Shown: positions 33,501 to 46,539 of the stretch, piece by piece | How positions within the stretch are numbered: position 1 is the first letter of the stretch | How the letters are laid out: each line of letters opens with the position of its first letter | Assembly: GCA_036172245.1 (NCBI GenBank) | Contig: JAYWIR010000093.1 | Span: 62,001-126,000, forward strand | Direction: 5' to 3' | Length of the DNA stretch: 64,000 bases | Origin: Raillietiella orientalis | Taxonomy: Eukaryota | Notes under the pieces: generated by a model | Databases searched by the model: none | What the model was told of the DNA's origin: nothing | What the model saw: the letters and a program-made list of their open reading frames with translations, nothing else | Made by a program: the position numbers and the translations under genes

Positions 33501-36100
33501 CGGGCATGCTGATGAGAGCCACCCTTGTGGCCCTCTTTCGCCGACGGTTTTCAGTCCGTAGGGACCTCACCAACCTCACCAACGGGTGATCGGACAGCAA
33601 GGTGGGCGTGTCACGAAACCTCTGCATACGGTTCTCTATATCGGAGCTGTAGATGATGTGGTCGATCGGATTGTGGCTGGCTGTTAGCCACAGCAGCGCG
33701 AAGTCGTCGGACAGCCTCCGATATAGAGAAGCCCATAGATATAGAGACCGATATAGTCCTGCCTCTGGCGTCTTGGGAATGGATGATGTCGTCCAGGATG
33801 TTGAAATCCCCCACGATGATCACGATGTCCTTCGGTGCGGCCTTTTGTAGGAGTGTTCTGTGGAGTTCTTCCGCACACTAATGCTCTTGGTGGTGTGTGC
33901 GTATACGCTCACAAAGAACAGGTGAACATTTGTGGACCAGGACATTGGGTACGCCGAAGATTCTTCCCGGCATGGAGCAGATGGTTTCCAGGATGGTGTG
34001 AGCGAGCTCGTTCCTTATCGAAATTGCCACTCCCATGGTGTTCCTCTGTACCTCGCTGGAGAACAGTTTTGCGTTCAATCGCCGTTCCACGTCGATGCTG
34101 ATTTGTTGCCCCATCGCGTGGGCTTCTTGCAGGCACATTATCTCTTGATGTGCCATGGTCCGACACAGTCCTTTTTCGTTTTGGCTGGTCGGTAAGTCCA
34201 TTAACATTCCAGGAGGTGATGTTGATCCTCCTGACGGTGGACAAGGACGAGGCCATAAAGGGGTTTTATTCTTTTAACCTTTCGGAGTTTCTTCTGCTAA
34301 GGAGACCGTTGCAGGCCCCGCACAGAGATTTCTACTACCAGCATTGCTTTCCATTTAGGTGAGGTCAGTGAATTCTGCCTCCTCCGTCGGGTTTCCCACC
34401 TCCACGATCAGTTAGCGAGGGAGCGTCTCCAGGCTCACCGTCGCACAGAAGTTCGACTTGATGCCGAGAAGCTTGTCTCCCAGCTTCTCACGCTGGGTTT
34501 CATCCACCACATGCGTAGACACTTCGTGTGCTAATGCCGTGCTAAAAAGAGACTTAGTTTATTGCTCCTTCTCTACATTGGATATCGCATTCGAATTCCA
34601 GAAGAGTTCCATTCACTTGTAGTGTCACGTTTCAACTTTCTCCCAAATGTCCTCCTGGACCTTGGAGATGCGTTGCAGGAGTTTCCTCTGCTCCTCTCCG
34701 CTGGTTCCCGGTTGGACCTCTTCATTCAGCTTCGCCACTTCCTCGTTGATTTGCAGGGTTTCCGCGTTCCCTTGACTGGCTCGGCTGTTTGCATTTTCTC
34801 TTCTGCTTTTTCCTCGGGCTTGTCGGAGGACAGCTGCTCCTTGACGAGCATCCTCCTCTTCCCTTTTTCCTTACTTCGATGAAGCCGTCCTCAGACACTG
34901 GGACGACCTTTCTTACTTTTTTCACCTTCTCGGTGATTTTTTGGGCTCTTTCTTCTGGTGTCTCTCTCGTACGGGTGAGAGCCCGCGCATGGTACGTCAG
35001 TTGGCGTATTCTGGGCAGCTCCACCTCGCTTTGCCCGTTGCCTTACTGAAGGCACAGACTTTACGTTGGCTGCAAGACCAGATCTGGTATCCCTGCTTGC
35101 CGCAGCGGAAGCACCGAGATCTTGGACAAGCACTGACCCTGTGGCCAAAATGCTTGCAACCCGTACAAAATGTAGGCTGTTGCCCATATCGTATGAAGAC
35201 TTCCAGGGAATTCCCATCGATGTGGGCGAGTCCCGGAATCTTCGTATCTTCAAATAACCTGATCTTGGCGATGACATCGCCGGAGAAAACCTTTCTGGAG
35301 CAGTTCCGGAATTCCACATCCAAAACTTCCCCTTATTTGGTGAGGAAACTCCACATTGCTTCTTTATTTGTTGTCACGCAGAGTCCTTCAAGAAACACCG
35401 TCGTATACGGCATTTCGCCGATTCCGCGGACCATCCTCTCGTGGATATTTATGCCCTTTTCGATCAGGGCCTTGATGAAGGGTTCACTGTCCGCGTGGAC
35501 TGTGAACTCCGTCGTACTCGGTACGATCGCTTGTGCGTGGTCAAAGTCTACATTCTCTTTATAGAGGGCCAAATACACCTCTGCGATATTATTTTCCCGG
35601 ATGAATCCTGTTTTGAAAGTGATCGGCTTCCCATTCTGACTGATCCGCACGATCGGCTCATCCACATTCTCGATTTTGCTGACATCCAGCTTTCCTATTA
35701 TTCGTGGTGAAGCGTTGGAATTTCCGGCTACCACCGCCGCGTAAGAAAATGCTCACGTCGCTGCAGCCGAACACGATGGCGTCGCAGCCTTCGAGCCCCG
35801 GCTAATTGGGAGGTCGTAGGCTGCGATGCCAGCGCCGTCGCGTAGGTGACACGCGGCGACGCTGCACAATCTCCATCAGCTGGGGTGACGTCGGCCTGTC
35901 CTCCAGCTCCCCTCTCATCCTTGAGGCGGACTGGTGAACTCCTGTCGCCGTGGTGGAATGCAAGTCCTCCACTGTGGTGTCGCTGCTGCTGGTGATTGTC
36001 CTCAGCTGCACTACACTGCCACTTCCTAGTGGGTAGCATTTATTAATGAATAAATGGATTATTAAATATAAATACGCAGAAAGCACGCAAGATCCGTGGT
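30568..36100 (-). mobile_element. Element H: near full-length, heavily decayed L1/Tx1-like LINE of a separate lower-GC family
   Basis: ORF1 ~34600-35930 with CTGCKHFGHRVSAC, CFRCGKQGY; ORF2 from 34256: SWNVNG, CLQEAH, VGDFN, LSDH, QWRPIS, DMEKAFD, LAYADD (~32292-32309), CKACGDK...H..TC. Many frameshifts; ends approximate. Confidence 0.88.
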
Positions 36101-36109
36101 TGAGTCCAG

Positions 36110-36510
36110 TATGCACTTTACGCGCTCGCCAAATCGCGGCAGGGGAGTGAATACCCTTAACTGTGAACAGCGTAGTGTAAAAGTTAAACCTCGAGCAAAG
36201 ATAGTAAGGGTGTGAAGTTTAACCATTGAATGTGAACCCTCCGGCAAGGCGAAACTCTTCTCCTAGTGGGCCTCTGCATGCTTTCCATGATGCCACGTAG
36301 ATCCGTCTGCACTGCACCCAGGTGGAGATAGATATCCTGCTGCTATCCGCAGAGAGCGAAGTGCACGCTCGATGTCGTGCCTCGCCTCCGTCGCTCCAGG
36401 CCGTCACAATCCCGTGTATGAGGCATAGAGCTGATGAGGCCGCGGGCGGGGGCAGGGTCTCAGGCGTTAAGAGGCGTAAAGTGAACAGGTAACCCATAGG
36501 GGGCAAGGCA
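36110..36510 (-). mobile_element. Short 3' fragment of a C/D-like LINE
   Basis: LPPPAASSALCLIHGIVTAWSD matches the ORF2 C-terminus of C/D. Confidence 0.7.
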
Positions 36511-38559
36511 TATACGGTGAATCTTCACCAGGACAGAAATTTGGTCACCAACGCCGTTGTACAATGCCGACCAAATCGTTAATGACTCCTTCGAGACCAT
36601 AATGTAGCTCTTCAGTTTGAGGAGCGTGCTCAACGAGTATCTAGGTAGAGGGGTCCCTCACAGTTTGAACTGGGGGGAAGTAAATGTGATGGTCGCGGTC
36701 CCACGCGAGAGCAGACTCCATCGTCGAGGATAGAGATTGTCAGGAGTGTTCAAGGCTTTGGTGCCCCTGAAAAAAAATTACTGAACGACATGCACACTTT
36801 GGACGAGCCTAAGAGGATGAAGGGAGGTTATGAAACCACCAGCATATCGTGACAGACCTTGCTAAACTGTGTCTTCCTAAAGCACAAGCGAGGAAAAATT
36901 CCTTTATTCAGCTTGGGCGTTGGACAAAATTTGCAGGGATGTCGGCCTTTGTAGCGTCGTTTGATTACATGGTTTATGACCACGAAACGGAACACGATAC
37001 AAAAACAAAGACTTGAGTCGAGGAGGGTTGGGAAGCTGAGTGGGTTAGGGAGGTTGAGGAAAGTCGGCTTCATTCGTCGCTTGTTCGAGGAATGGAGAGC
37101 TTCTGACGGAATTACGGCTGAATTCGCAGCGTCCCACCTCTGTCACAAGCTGAGTAATTTTGAGCAAACAGCGATCAGCGAAGGTGACAAAGAGCAGAGG
37201 TTTCGAAAGCTACTCGCGAAAGCTTGCATCGGCAACCCTCGGATAGTCCCGGAAATGCAATTTGTTCGGCACGGGCTATGACAACTCTGAGAGGTGAAAG
37301 AATCAGTGGATATAACACCACGATTAAGCCGATGGAGCTTGAATTAGAAGGACACGGCTCAGTAACGGCTCACCAAACATAGAGAACAGGTGAGAGGACT
37401 TCTCCTTTCAAGAGATCCAAAGCTAAAACATGAGAAGAGGAATCCAAGGATGGTGACATACACAATGTTAACATCATGTTATCCACAGTGCCACAGGTGA
37501 TCAAGTAGAGGTGCGCTTCAAATGGTTCAGTGACAGCTGGCGAACCAGTCAGTTCAACCGAGAGATCCACCTCCCTTGTGGTGCGCAGAAGGATAGGACC
37601 GTACCCACCCGACGTGAAAAGACAGACGAAACACAGACCACCTTAGCAGCCTTGGAAACAGCAGACATCCTAGCTCAAGGCGAACTTTATACTGTAGTTC
37701 CCGTAATTAGTCCAATGAACTGGCTTGCCTGTCGCAGCGAGGTGCGTTACGAGTCGCTTCTCGATAGACATGAAGATGGGACCTTCAGCTCCATGGTTGA
37801 TGCTACCCTCACTATTAAGCTGTGGCAATGAGCGCGACATTGAATTTTGTTGTTGGGTATGAGCCTGCGGTGGGGGGATGAGGAGTAGAACGACATCGTC
37901 GAGATTAGAGCCGCTCTCAAAATCAAAGATTTGTTTTCAACACCTTGACCCCCGACCTACTGAGATCTACACGGGTCACAAGGAAGCTTCGGCTTGGAAT
38001 AGACCGTGCCGCACAACCACACCTAACTGCATTCGCATGCGGCCCCCGCGAGGTAATGGGTTTGTTCTCAGGGCACCGTGGTTTCAACTTTGGAAGGCGC
38101 TTCTTGGCTGGGAGACCAAAGGCGAAAGACGAGCACCGAGGTAGGTGACAAAAATGAGGAACGGCGGGCACAGCACAGGGAAGTTTGAAGGAGAATCCGG
38201 GCCGAAACTGGGGGAAGCAGCGGAGAATACTGAACAAAACCTGGATCATCAGGATCAAAACAGGACATCGCATCAACCGCGAATGTCATCTTACCTCAAA
38301 ATTTGGTTATAAGAAAGGGTTGGGGACAATTCACCCCTTATTGAGTCCCGATCAGACGCGGAACCAGAAAGTTATTCGGAAGCAGAAACGAAGAAGGTCG
38401 GACCCTTAAACTGTGACCTGGGTTTCAGAGGTGGGCCCAACCAATTCGACAGAGATATCGTAAGACATGAGCTAAGCAACCAACCCCGCTTGTTCCAAAT
38501 ATCTGCTCCATCGTTTGCTTTACTTACGATCTCCTTCTGGGACGAACGTTGATTCTTGG

Positions 38560-39290
38560 AAGATGGTGTGCTCGCAGATGACCCTGTGGATTTTCCTCTT
38601 TGAGTGGCACTGTCGCTCCTGCGGACAGCCACCAGTCCGCAGGATGGGGAATGAATTGCCACTTATCAAGGAAAAAAAGGAGCTACCGGGATGCTGGACA
38701 TCCGCCCCTGCCGGCCTTTTCAAATGACTCCTCCGCTGAGCAGATCTTTTCGAGAAAGTGGGGATTGCCGCGGCATTCCTCGAAAGTTTAGCGCTTTCCC
38801 TGAAGCGACGGCACGCGGTGTTGCGCAACCGCTGCATATTACCAACCCACGCAGCGCACGCTTCTACCTCTCAACCAGGGAAACTGCAGCTCCGGCGCGA
38901 AAAGGAAACCTTAGCGCACTTCCTTTTCAAGTGTCCGTGTGTGAGGTAATGGACTCATGACCACATCACCGAAGACCACCCGAGGGCTTCATTCACACGC
39001 CTGTTCACGTGCAGTGTGGTGTCGCCTTCCGCGACGACCTCAGCTTCGTGCTGCGCCATCAAGAACGGAAGCCCCGACGACAGAGAGCGGAGTAACGGAG
39101 GTTATCACCTTCGTCTTCTCGTTTCTGAGGGTCGTGTTGGGACGGCTGCATCCGAGGAACAACCAGCTGGAGCCCACCCTCATCTTCGAGAGGATGCATA
39201 CGCTACCGGTGAGCAATTTGCAATCCGTTTCCTTACGCCCCTCCACCATCAAACACCTCATTACTTGCTTTTTTAGAATATTCTGAATTT
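38560..39290 (+). mobile_element. Decayed LINE ORF2 C-terminal fragment
   Basis: EKETLAHFLFKCP Zn-finger-like motif at ~38900-38940; boundaries approximate. Confidence 0.5.
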
Positions 39291-39369
39291 TCTTATCTCC
39301 CTCACTTTACCTTCCAAGCGCTGACCTCTGCTGGTGACTGCTCCGGGCATAGAACTCATCCGGAACACG

Positions 39370-39550
39370 CGGAAGCAGTGGCACCGCACCACCACCACGC
39401 ACCTCGTGGACTTCCGCATTGGGGCGAGCTGCTGGGAATTACAAAGGAAGACCTGCAGTGGCCGCACCGCTCGTGGACACCCACCGCATGGAGTGGCGGG
39501 AGTCGCCGCTGCTGCTTCTGCACTGCGTCCTTCCGGGCAACGACAGCAGC
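39370..39550 (+). mobile_element. C/D-like LINE ORF2 fragment
   Basis: PRGLPHWGELLGI..DLQWP and EWRESPLLLLHC.LP.N. Confidence 0.7.
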
Positions 39551-40204
39551 TATTGCATCGCTGAGCGCGGGGCAAGAGCAGTGACCCGAACTGAACGGGT
39601 TTCCCACAAAACACCGGTAAGAGGGAGCATATACAGCCCAGAGCTGCAACCCACCGCCTCCTATTAAAGGTAAGTTGCCTCGGTTCTGGAAGTATCGGGA
39701 CGAATACAGCGGGCGAGCTTTCGCGTGCAACTGTAAAGAAAGGGAGAGAACTCTGTGGTCATCAAGCCAAGGGGCCAGTAAGGGGAGCATAAGTTCTGTT
39801 CTGCAGAGATTCTCTATGCACAGCCTCCCTTGAGGAAGCCCATCGTAGTGCTGAGCAGGAACGCGCAGCTTGATCTGCCGAAGTGGATGAAGGCAAATTG
39901 GACGATACCGTCGTCAAATGTAGCGCACAGTCTCGTCCAGTTTCCCTTCCCCCACTTCGACAAATGGTTGTTTTGGTGGTGGAGAACACACGAGTCTTCT
40001 GCCTCCCGCGAACTGTACTGCCTGGCTTTGAGGAATCAGTTTCTACGTGGAGAAACATACACGACACGAGCGCGGAGGAATACGCCAGTCTGTGACGTGG
40101 CTAATGTGATCGTCGGTGGCTGCAGGAGATCCTTAGCATAGCGAACAAGATGATGGACTTCGATTACCCCATTGCTCCAGTGCTGCTCTCCCTAAAAGAC
40201 GTAA

Positions 40205-41075
40205 AGAATGGCGTCATCCCAGCGAGGTGGGAAGCGACTTGCGGCATAGCAGAGAAGAAACTTTTGGGGGAGTAAACAACTCGAGAGATCACGGACGATG
40301 CGTCCCCGAGTGTCCCGCCCCACGGACTTTTCTACGCTGAAGAGAGCTGTTCGACAACCCTCCGCAGGAGGTGAAGTTCTCCAGCGTTGCGAAGCAGCGA
40401 GCGTCCTCCTCAAGAGCGGGGGTTGGCGCTGCTGGTCTTGAATAAGGAATCGCATCCAAAGCGATTCTTCACCACAGATCACAAAGGAGCGTAGACGCTC
40501 AGTACTTCTGGTGCGGGAAGAAGGAAACCCTCCTGCACCTGCTGTTAGACTGTGCTGTCCTCCTAACCCTTTGGGATTGCATCGCGACGGCAATAGTTTC
40601 CCTGGCGGGTGGACTCTCATGGAGATTTTCAAACGCCTCTTAGTGTGCGCTGCACTGCCGCCGGCCCCACCCAATCGGCACTCTCTCGAAGGAAAGCGAC
40701 GGATGCAATCTTCTGCTATTCCGTTCGCGGTTGGTGGCGGTCTGGAACGCGGAAAAAAAGGGGTTGGAACGCCATATACTGGGCGCGGATCTTCCTCAGG
40801 GCCTCCTTGGAATGCTCCACCTGGGCGTCATACGGACGGAACTTGCCAGCATCCGCAACTGGATGCAGAAGACGCATGACAGCGTACCGTGATCCCTTCA
40901 TCTCCCAGTTCCCTCGTCGTATAAGAATTGCCCTCTCTGGTTTGTGTGTTCATTTGTTCGTGTCTGTTTTTGTTCTCCCTTCCCCTACGCTGCCGAAGCG
41001 GACCTCGCCGGTCTGTGCCCTGCTCTTCGACAGGCCAATAGCACGTGGTAGAACCAACGGTTCCACCACATAAAA
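40205..41075 (+). mobile_element. 5'-truncated LINE 3' end
   Basis: PARWEATCGIA.KKLLGE*TT, CGKKETLLHLLLDC; ends in hairpin 41045-41069 followed by ATAAAA. Confidence 0.75.
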
Positions 41076-41307
41076 GTATTTTTAGCTGTTCGCTGTTGCG
41101 AGCCCGAGTGTCCCACCAAAAGGACTGCTCCGGAGGAGGTACAGTGGCGTCGGCGGGATGGAACAGTAGTACCCTCCCCTAAAGTAGAAGGATTCAGCGA
41201 CCCAACCGGCATTCTCTTGAAGGAAAGCGACGAACGCTTCAAGGGAACGGCTAAATCGCTCTGGACCTCCCGTGCAATGCCTTCCGAGAACATGGGACCC
41301 GGGAAAG

Positions 41308-42400
41308 TTTTTACCCGTTCACGCCGGGGCGTTTATTTCTAAACTCTGTACATTTGCGGTACGAGGCCTCGCTACGGCCAATAGATCGTGGGGCCTGCTG
41401 GAGAGCCGCTGCGCAGACCAGCTTGACTTTCCTTGGCAGCGGAGGGGATAAGGGAGAAAACAAAAATAAAAATATAGCGGAAAACAAATAAAAAAGAAAC
41501 ACTTGGGTGGGCCGGGAAGGCATCACAGCCCGCTGAAGGAAAAGACCATCCTTTCCAGGATGCCCTCGAGGTCCCTCTGCATAGCTCCAAGATGGGACCA
41601 GCCGATCGCGATTCGCAGGTAGCGACCCGCGTGTACGATGGAGTCCCTATCGCTGCTTTCTCTGTTGGCTGCGCCCCACGCTGCCACAATCCCTCGGAGG
41701 CAGCAGAGCGCTGCCAGGGCTGAGGCTGGTGGCAGGGCGTCTCGCACGAAGAGTCTCACAACGTCTCTGGGGGTGCTGCCTACCGGCATTGAAAGGTTCG
41801 TAGCCAAACGTTCCCACAAGGGCCGGAGGGCACCGCAGTCCACTAACAGATGGGGGAGGGATTCCTTCTCCCCGCACACTGCACACTTCTGTCCCACCAT
41901 CTCCAACGTCCAGTGGTTGCGGCGCGCGTTTCAGGGAAGACCCCAGTGCTACAGCAGCAGCGCCGATTCCTGCCACTTGAGGGGGAGGGAGAGGGTGGAT
42001 GTGTCTCTGAATAACTGGGGCCACTTTAGGTCATCCACCGGGATGCCAAGCAGCTCGCCCCATCTCCGTATTCCGTGCGGGAGAAAGCATGGGGTCGCGG
42101 CTTCTGCCAGTTCCCTCATGGTCTACCCACTTAAATCCTTCTCCTTGCCTGCTATCCGGCAGGTGACTTGCGACCTTGGCTTCCGGCTGTTTTGAATCGC
42201 CCTTCTTAGGAAGGGCAGCGCCGTGGCCAGTGGGGTCGTCTCAGCCCACGTGCTTCTGGCGGGACACTCGATCATGTTCCGCAGCGTGCAGCAGCTGTAG
42301 ATGCCGGGACGCAGGCGGTTGCAGGATTCTCCACTGATGTCTTTTAACTTTGCTCACGTTCCCACTGTTTCTTCCAGCCATGCGCTGGAGATGGTGGTGC
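41308..42400 (-). mobile_element. Element G: 5'-truncated D-family LINE
   Basis: CAVCGEKESLPHLLVDC, LKWQESALLL; 3' UTR similar to D; terminal AATAAACGC-CCCGG-CGTGA-ACGGG-TAAAAA at 41308-41337. Confidence 0.88.
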
Positions 42401-45400
42401 TGGCGAGGCTCCGTGCAACGGCTCTGCCCGGCTGGAGGCGGAAGGAGGCTGACTGGCGGTTGCGGTGGCCACCGGACGGAGTGTACATCCCAGTGAGGGA
42501 TGAGGAGTCTTTGCAGACGGATCTAAGGGGTGGGACCGGTTTGCGATGCAGGTCGGAGCTTTTCGCCGACGCTGGAGGCGATGGTCACACGAGGTTAGCC
42601 TTGCAAAGTTGGGCGGCGCCCCGGACGGCTTGCCTGGCGACGAAAGGAAGAAATTTCAACCCCCACTCCTCCTGCTCCTCCTCTCCAGCTTCCTATTCCG
42701 TGAAGGCTCAAACCCCCCAAATGCGAAGGTTCTGAGAGCATCGATCCCTTTATTTCCTTGGTGACTCTCTACCTCAGGACCTTTTGATCCTCTGCGGAAC
42801 TTCATGAGTTTTTCAGATTTGCAAAACCGACATCTTGGCACCCTTCGGGACCGCCCAGGTGCAGAATCGTGTAGTATTGCCTGAGGAGTCCCGTCCCTAG
42901 GGTAAAGAATTTGTCGTCTTTGGGACTCTTTTTGTTGGAGGAAACCACGAGGCCACAGGAGCCGTCCTGGAGGAGATCGGGCCATCATTGGCAGTGACGA
43001 TACCCAAAGGGAGGATGGACGGTCGTACCTGGTTTTGTTTATACAGCTCCCGAAAAGTCAGGTTGAAATTGGGGAACTCGAAGATCAGCAAGAGGTCTTC
43101 AGAACCGCCGTTGCGGGTCGTGTCCTGCAAACGCAAGAGGAAGAGGTCCTCGCCTAAGCATTTCCCCCTCGAGTGAGCCTCACTTGAATGATCCTGTCCG
43201 CCTTCCCTTTCCGACAAATTTTTTTCTTTAGTCCGCTGCTCAGCTTCCGGTAGAGCTCTGGAGGGACCTTTGAGGTCGGTGACCCAGTTTCGATCGACAC
43301 GTAGCACTTCTCCTTGCAGAAGGTCTCGCCTCCCAAAGTCACCCTGGAGACGAGGAGGCGGGGGAGAGGCGGGGCAATGTCCTTTCCATTCCCCGAGGAG
43401 GGATCGCTCTGGTCGCGGAAGGAGGGAGATGCAATCGGGGAGGAAAAGCAGGACAAATTGGGCACGGCAGCGCTCCAACCCTCAGCTCCCGTCCCTTCTC
43501 CGAGGAGCGAAGATCGCAAGGAGATGAGGATGGGCCGCCGTTTGGGATGCAAGTCAAGAGGGAAACCGCAAAATTCTGAACCCCCCCCCTCTGGAAGAGC
43601 TCCCTTTCAAAAAGAGACCTCCTTACTTCGTGCTAATGACGGTCCAGCGCCCGCCCACAGTGCTCACGTAGTTGATCGGATCCTGGTAGGCGCTCTGGTC
43701 CAAGGTGCATACTGCGAGCGACCCCCGTGGCCTGAAAAAGGAGCAGGATAAAAAATGGCACCGTTCCTCCTCTCCTTTTCTCCCTTCCCTCCCTTGCTCT
43801 CCTCGTGACTTAGGAGGCAAGGTCAGGAGGTACATCGACCTGCCTGGTGAGATGGAAGCCCAGCACCTTTTTCTCGCAGTACCCGAGCATCCTCTTTACC
43901 AGGGGGCTCTTAGCGGCATGCTTGCCGCTTTCGCTCGTAGGGCTGAGGCCCAAGAATCCGTCCTCTGGGTGCTGCTCTTTTGGAAAGCGATATGTCTCGT
44001 CTTCCAAGATGATCTCGGCGAGGCTGACGCACGGAATGGAGGCGGAGCCGACCTGGAGAAGAAGGCAGGGAGGTCTCAGGACGCACCGGAGAAGTCCACC
44101 GCTGCCCGCCCCTCTCTCGGAGGCAGCTCGTGGATGTCTTCCGTTCTCTTCCTGCCCGCACGCGAAACCCCAGCGGCTGCGGTGCAGAAGAGCGACGTCT
44201 GCCAGAAGGGAGCGCGCGAGCACGGGAGATCGCAACCGCCCCGGGATCGCCTCCCATAGTCCTCGCAGAGAGAGGCGAGGAGTGGAGGAGGAAGGAAAGG
44301 AAGAGTATGAAACACACCCCGGAGCAAGAAAATGGCAGTCGGGGTGCGGCTGCTGACCTTGACCGTGTCCGTCGATTCGTGACCAATGAATTCCGTGTCA
44401 AAGAACTGATCGTTGAGAAGTGTGTCTAGAGATTCGCACGTCGAGGACTTACGACAGTTGAACTTCTTGCGCTGCTCTGTAAAGCAACGCCGTCGTCTGC
44501 CGGCCGTTCCTCGTGCGCTGCCGGGCGCGACTTACCGCAGAACCTTGCTTCGCAGGTTTTCGAAGACAGCCAGAGAAACGGCGACTGCGTATACGGGAGC
44601 ACCAGAAACTGCTCAGGAGGAGTTCCTATCTGAACTGAAAAGGTGAAGATGCCCTGAAAAGACAAAATGGTGCTGACAATGGGGGCAAAGACGACGTCTC
44701 CGTACTGCGGACGCTCCTGAGGACTCTTCTCTCGTCCCTTTCGAGCAATGGGAGGAAAACGTACTGGTTTCGCAAACAACAGCACTCGAGTGGAGGGAAT
44801 TGCCTGAGAGGAGGGGTGAATGGGGAGGAAGAACGGAAGAAGAAGAGGAGGGAGAGAGGAAGGACAGGCACTTTTCGTGGGATGGGACCCGAGGCTGCTC
44901 CACCAGCAGGAACCGCTGCCTTGAGGTGTGATGTCAATGTTGGGACGAAGAATGCCTAGAAATGCATCGGCTGGAAATTCACCAGCTGAAATCTGACGAA
45001 CGCACGACCACGCCCTCAACCACTCTCACTTCGTTTTTCGGCACGCCTTAGGAAATAAAGAAACGTGGCGTTCCAAAGAGGAAACTTCCCCACACGTTGA
45101 CCTCGAGTTGATCGCTTTAAGCAGTGGCCTCAACTCCACTCGTCGCTTTTCCTCCTCAGAAACGCTCTGCTTCCATGCCGCTTCCAAGATGGCCGCACGG
45201 AGGCACCAAGCATCACACGGAGGCTACCCAGACGCTTCCAGGCAAGCAGCTGACCGAGGTCGTCTCCAGCAGCAACTGGGATTTGGACCATTGGAATCGC
45301 CAGCATTCTCTGGCTGGGAGACCTTCAGAAAACAGGTCGCAGGGAACGATAACAGCCGAAGCCTTCGCGTCGCATTTGGCAGTAAGAAAGGACCCTTCTG

Positions 45401-46539
45401 GCAAAGCTGCCTCTTGAAGTTTCCATCCCAATTCCGAGCGCAGCGGGCAGGTGGGAGAAGTAATAAAGTGACGCGCGGTAGCGACGTTTGCGTGAAACCC
45501 TTTTGGCCCCGCTCGTCCTGCTCTCCCGAAAACACCGAGCGACCACACCCCGAATAACACAGGGAGCGAGCAAAGTCTACGGATCGAAGGCGCCGCCCCA
45601 TTGGGATCGGGCAGCTCCGCCGGAGGGAACGGAACAAATCAAAGTTCGTATGCGCGGAAGAACGGATCCTCCGCGTTGCCGAGGATGCGAAGCGTCCGAA
45701 AGGATCGACGTGCGTGGCTTACTTCTTCCGTTGAGTTCATCGGGATGATTTCACCTGTTATCATCTGACCCTGGCCGTGGGGAGACAACGCTTGTGCAGT
45801 GCTGCAAGAGAAAGCTTTAAGAGGCCCCACTCGTCCAGAAAATCTTCTTACCACAGGAGGAACAGCAGCTCTGGGTACAGCATGGCGATCTTCATCTTTG
45901 GTTGGTAGGACCGGACTCGGTTCTTCTGAAGGAAGCAGCCAGGCTCTCTGGTGCCAGTGGATCACTCACCCTGATCCACTTCGCTTTTATAGCCCACGCT
46001 GCTTTGTCTGCTCCTTTCCACCAGCAGGCCAAAATTAGAAGAGTCTGCAGAGATGCTCGCTCCGGAGCAGCTGCAAACTTTGCAGATAATTATTTCTTCC
46101 AGTTTCGTTGCGTGTCGATAATGGGTAAGCAACCGAATGTCGGAAATTGCGCCTCATCTCAGCTGCAGACTCGGCATGCGATCCGGGCAATTACCTGAAT
46201 CCCTGCGAGGGTGCTCGAGGGCTTCTGGCCGTTCCAGCAAGTGCCTTCCGAGATGCGCTTCCCTCCTTTTTCTCCCAACAAGAAGAAGCGCTAAAAATAA
46301 ACCAATTCTCCGAAAACACGGCACTCGCCGATGTGTGCACCGAAGGATCACGCAGCACGGGAGAGGGGAGGGGGGTGGGGCTCGCACCGGGAACGAGATC
46401 AAGTGCACGGGTGTGTCCTCCACCCTCTTTCGGAGCCAAGAAGAAGAGATGCGAGTCGAAGCCATGCAGCATCCTCCGGGAAGCCGCTCCCGGCCCCAAG
46501 AGCCACGCAGCAGGCGGGAACGCGTCGAAGGGGCTTCGG

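Noticed and set aside
1..42400. Alternative genetic code (stop-codon reassignment)
   Set aside because: The same residue (Trp) is replaced by TAG, TGA and TAA, other stops replace Leu/Lys/Gly, and frameshifts are common: decay, not recoding.
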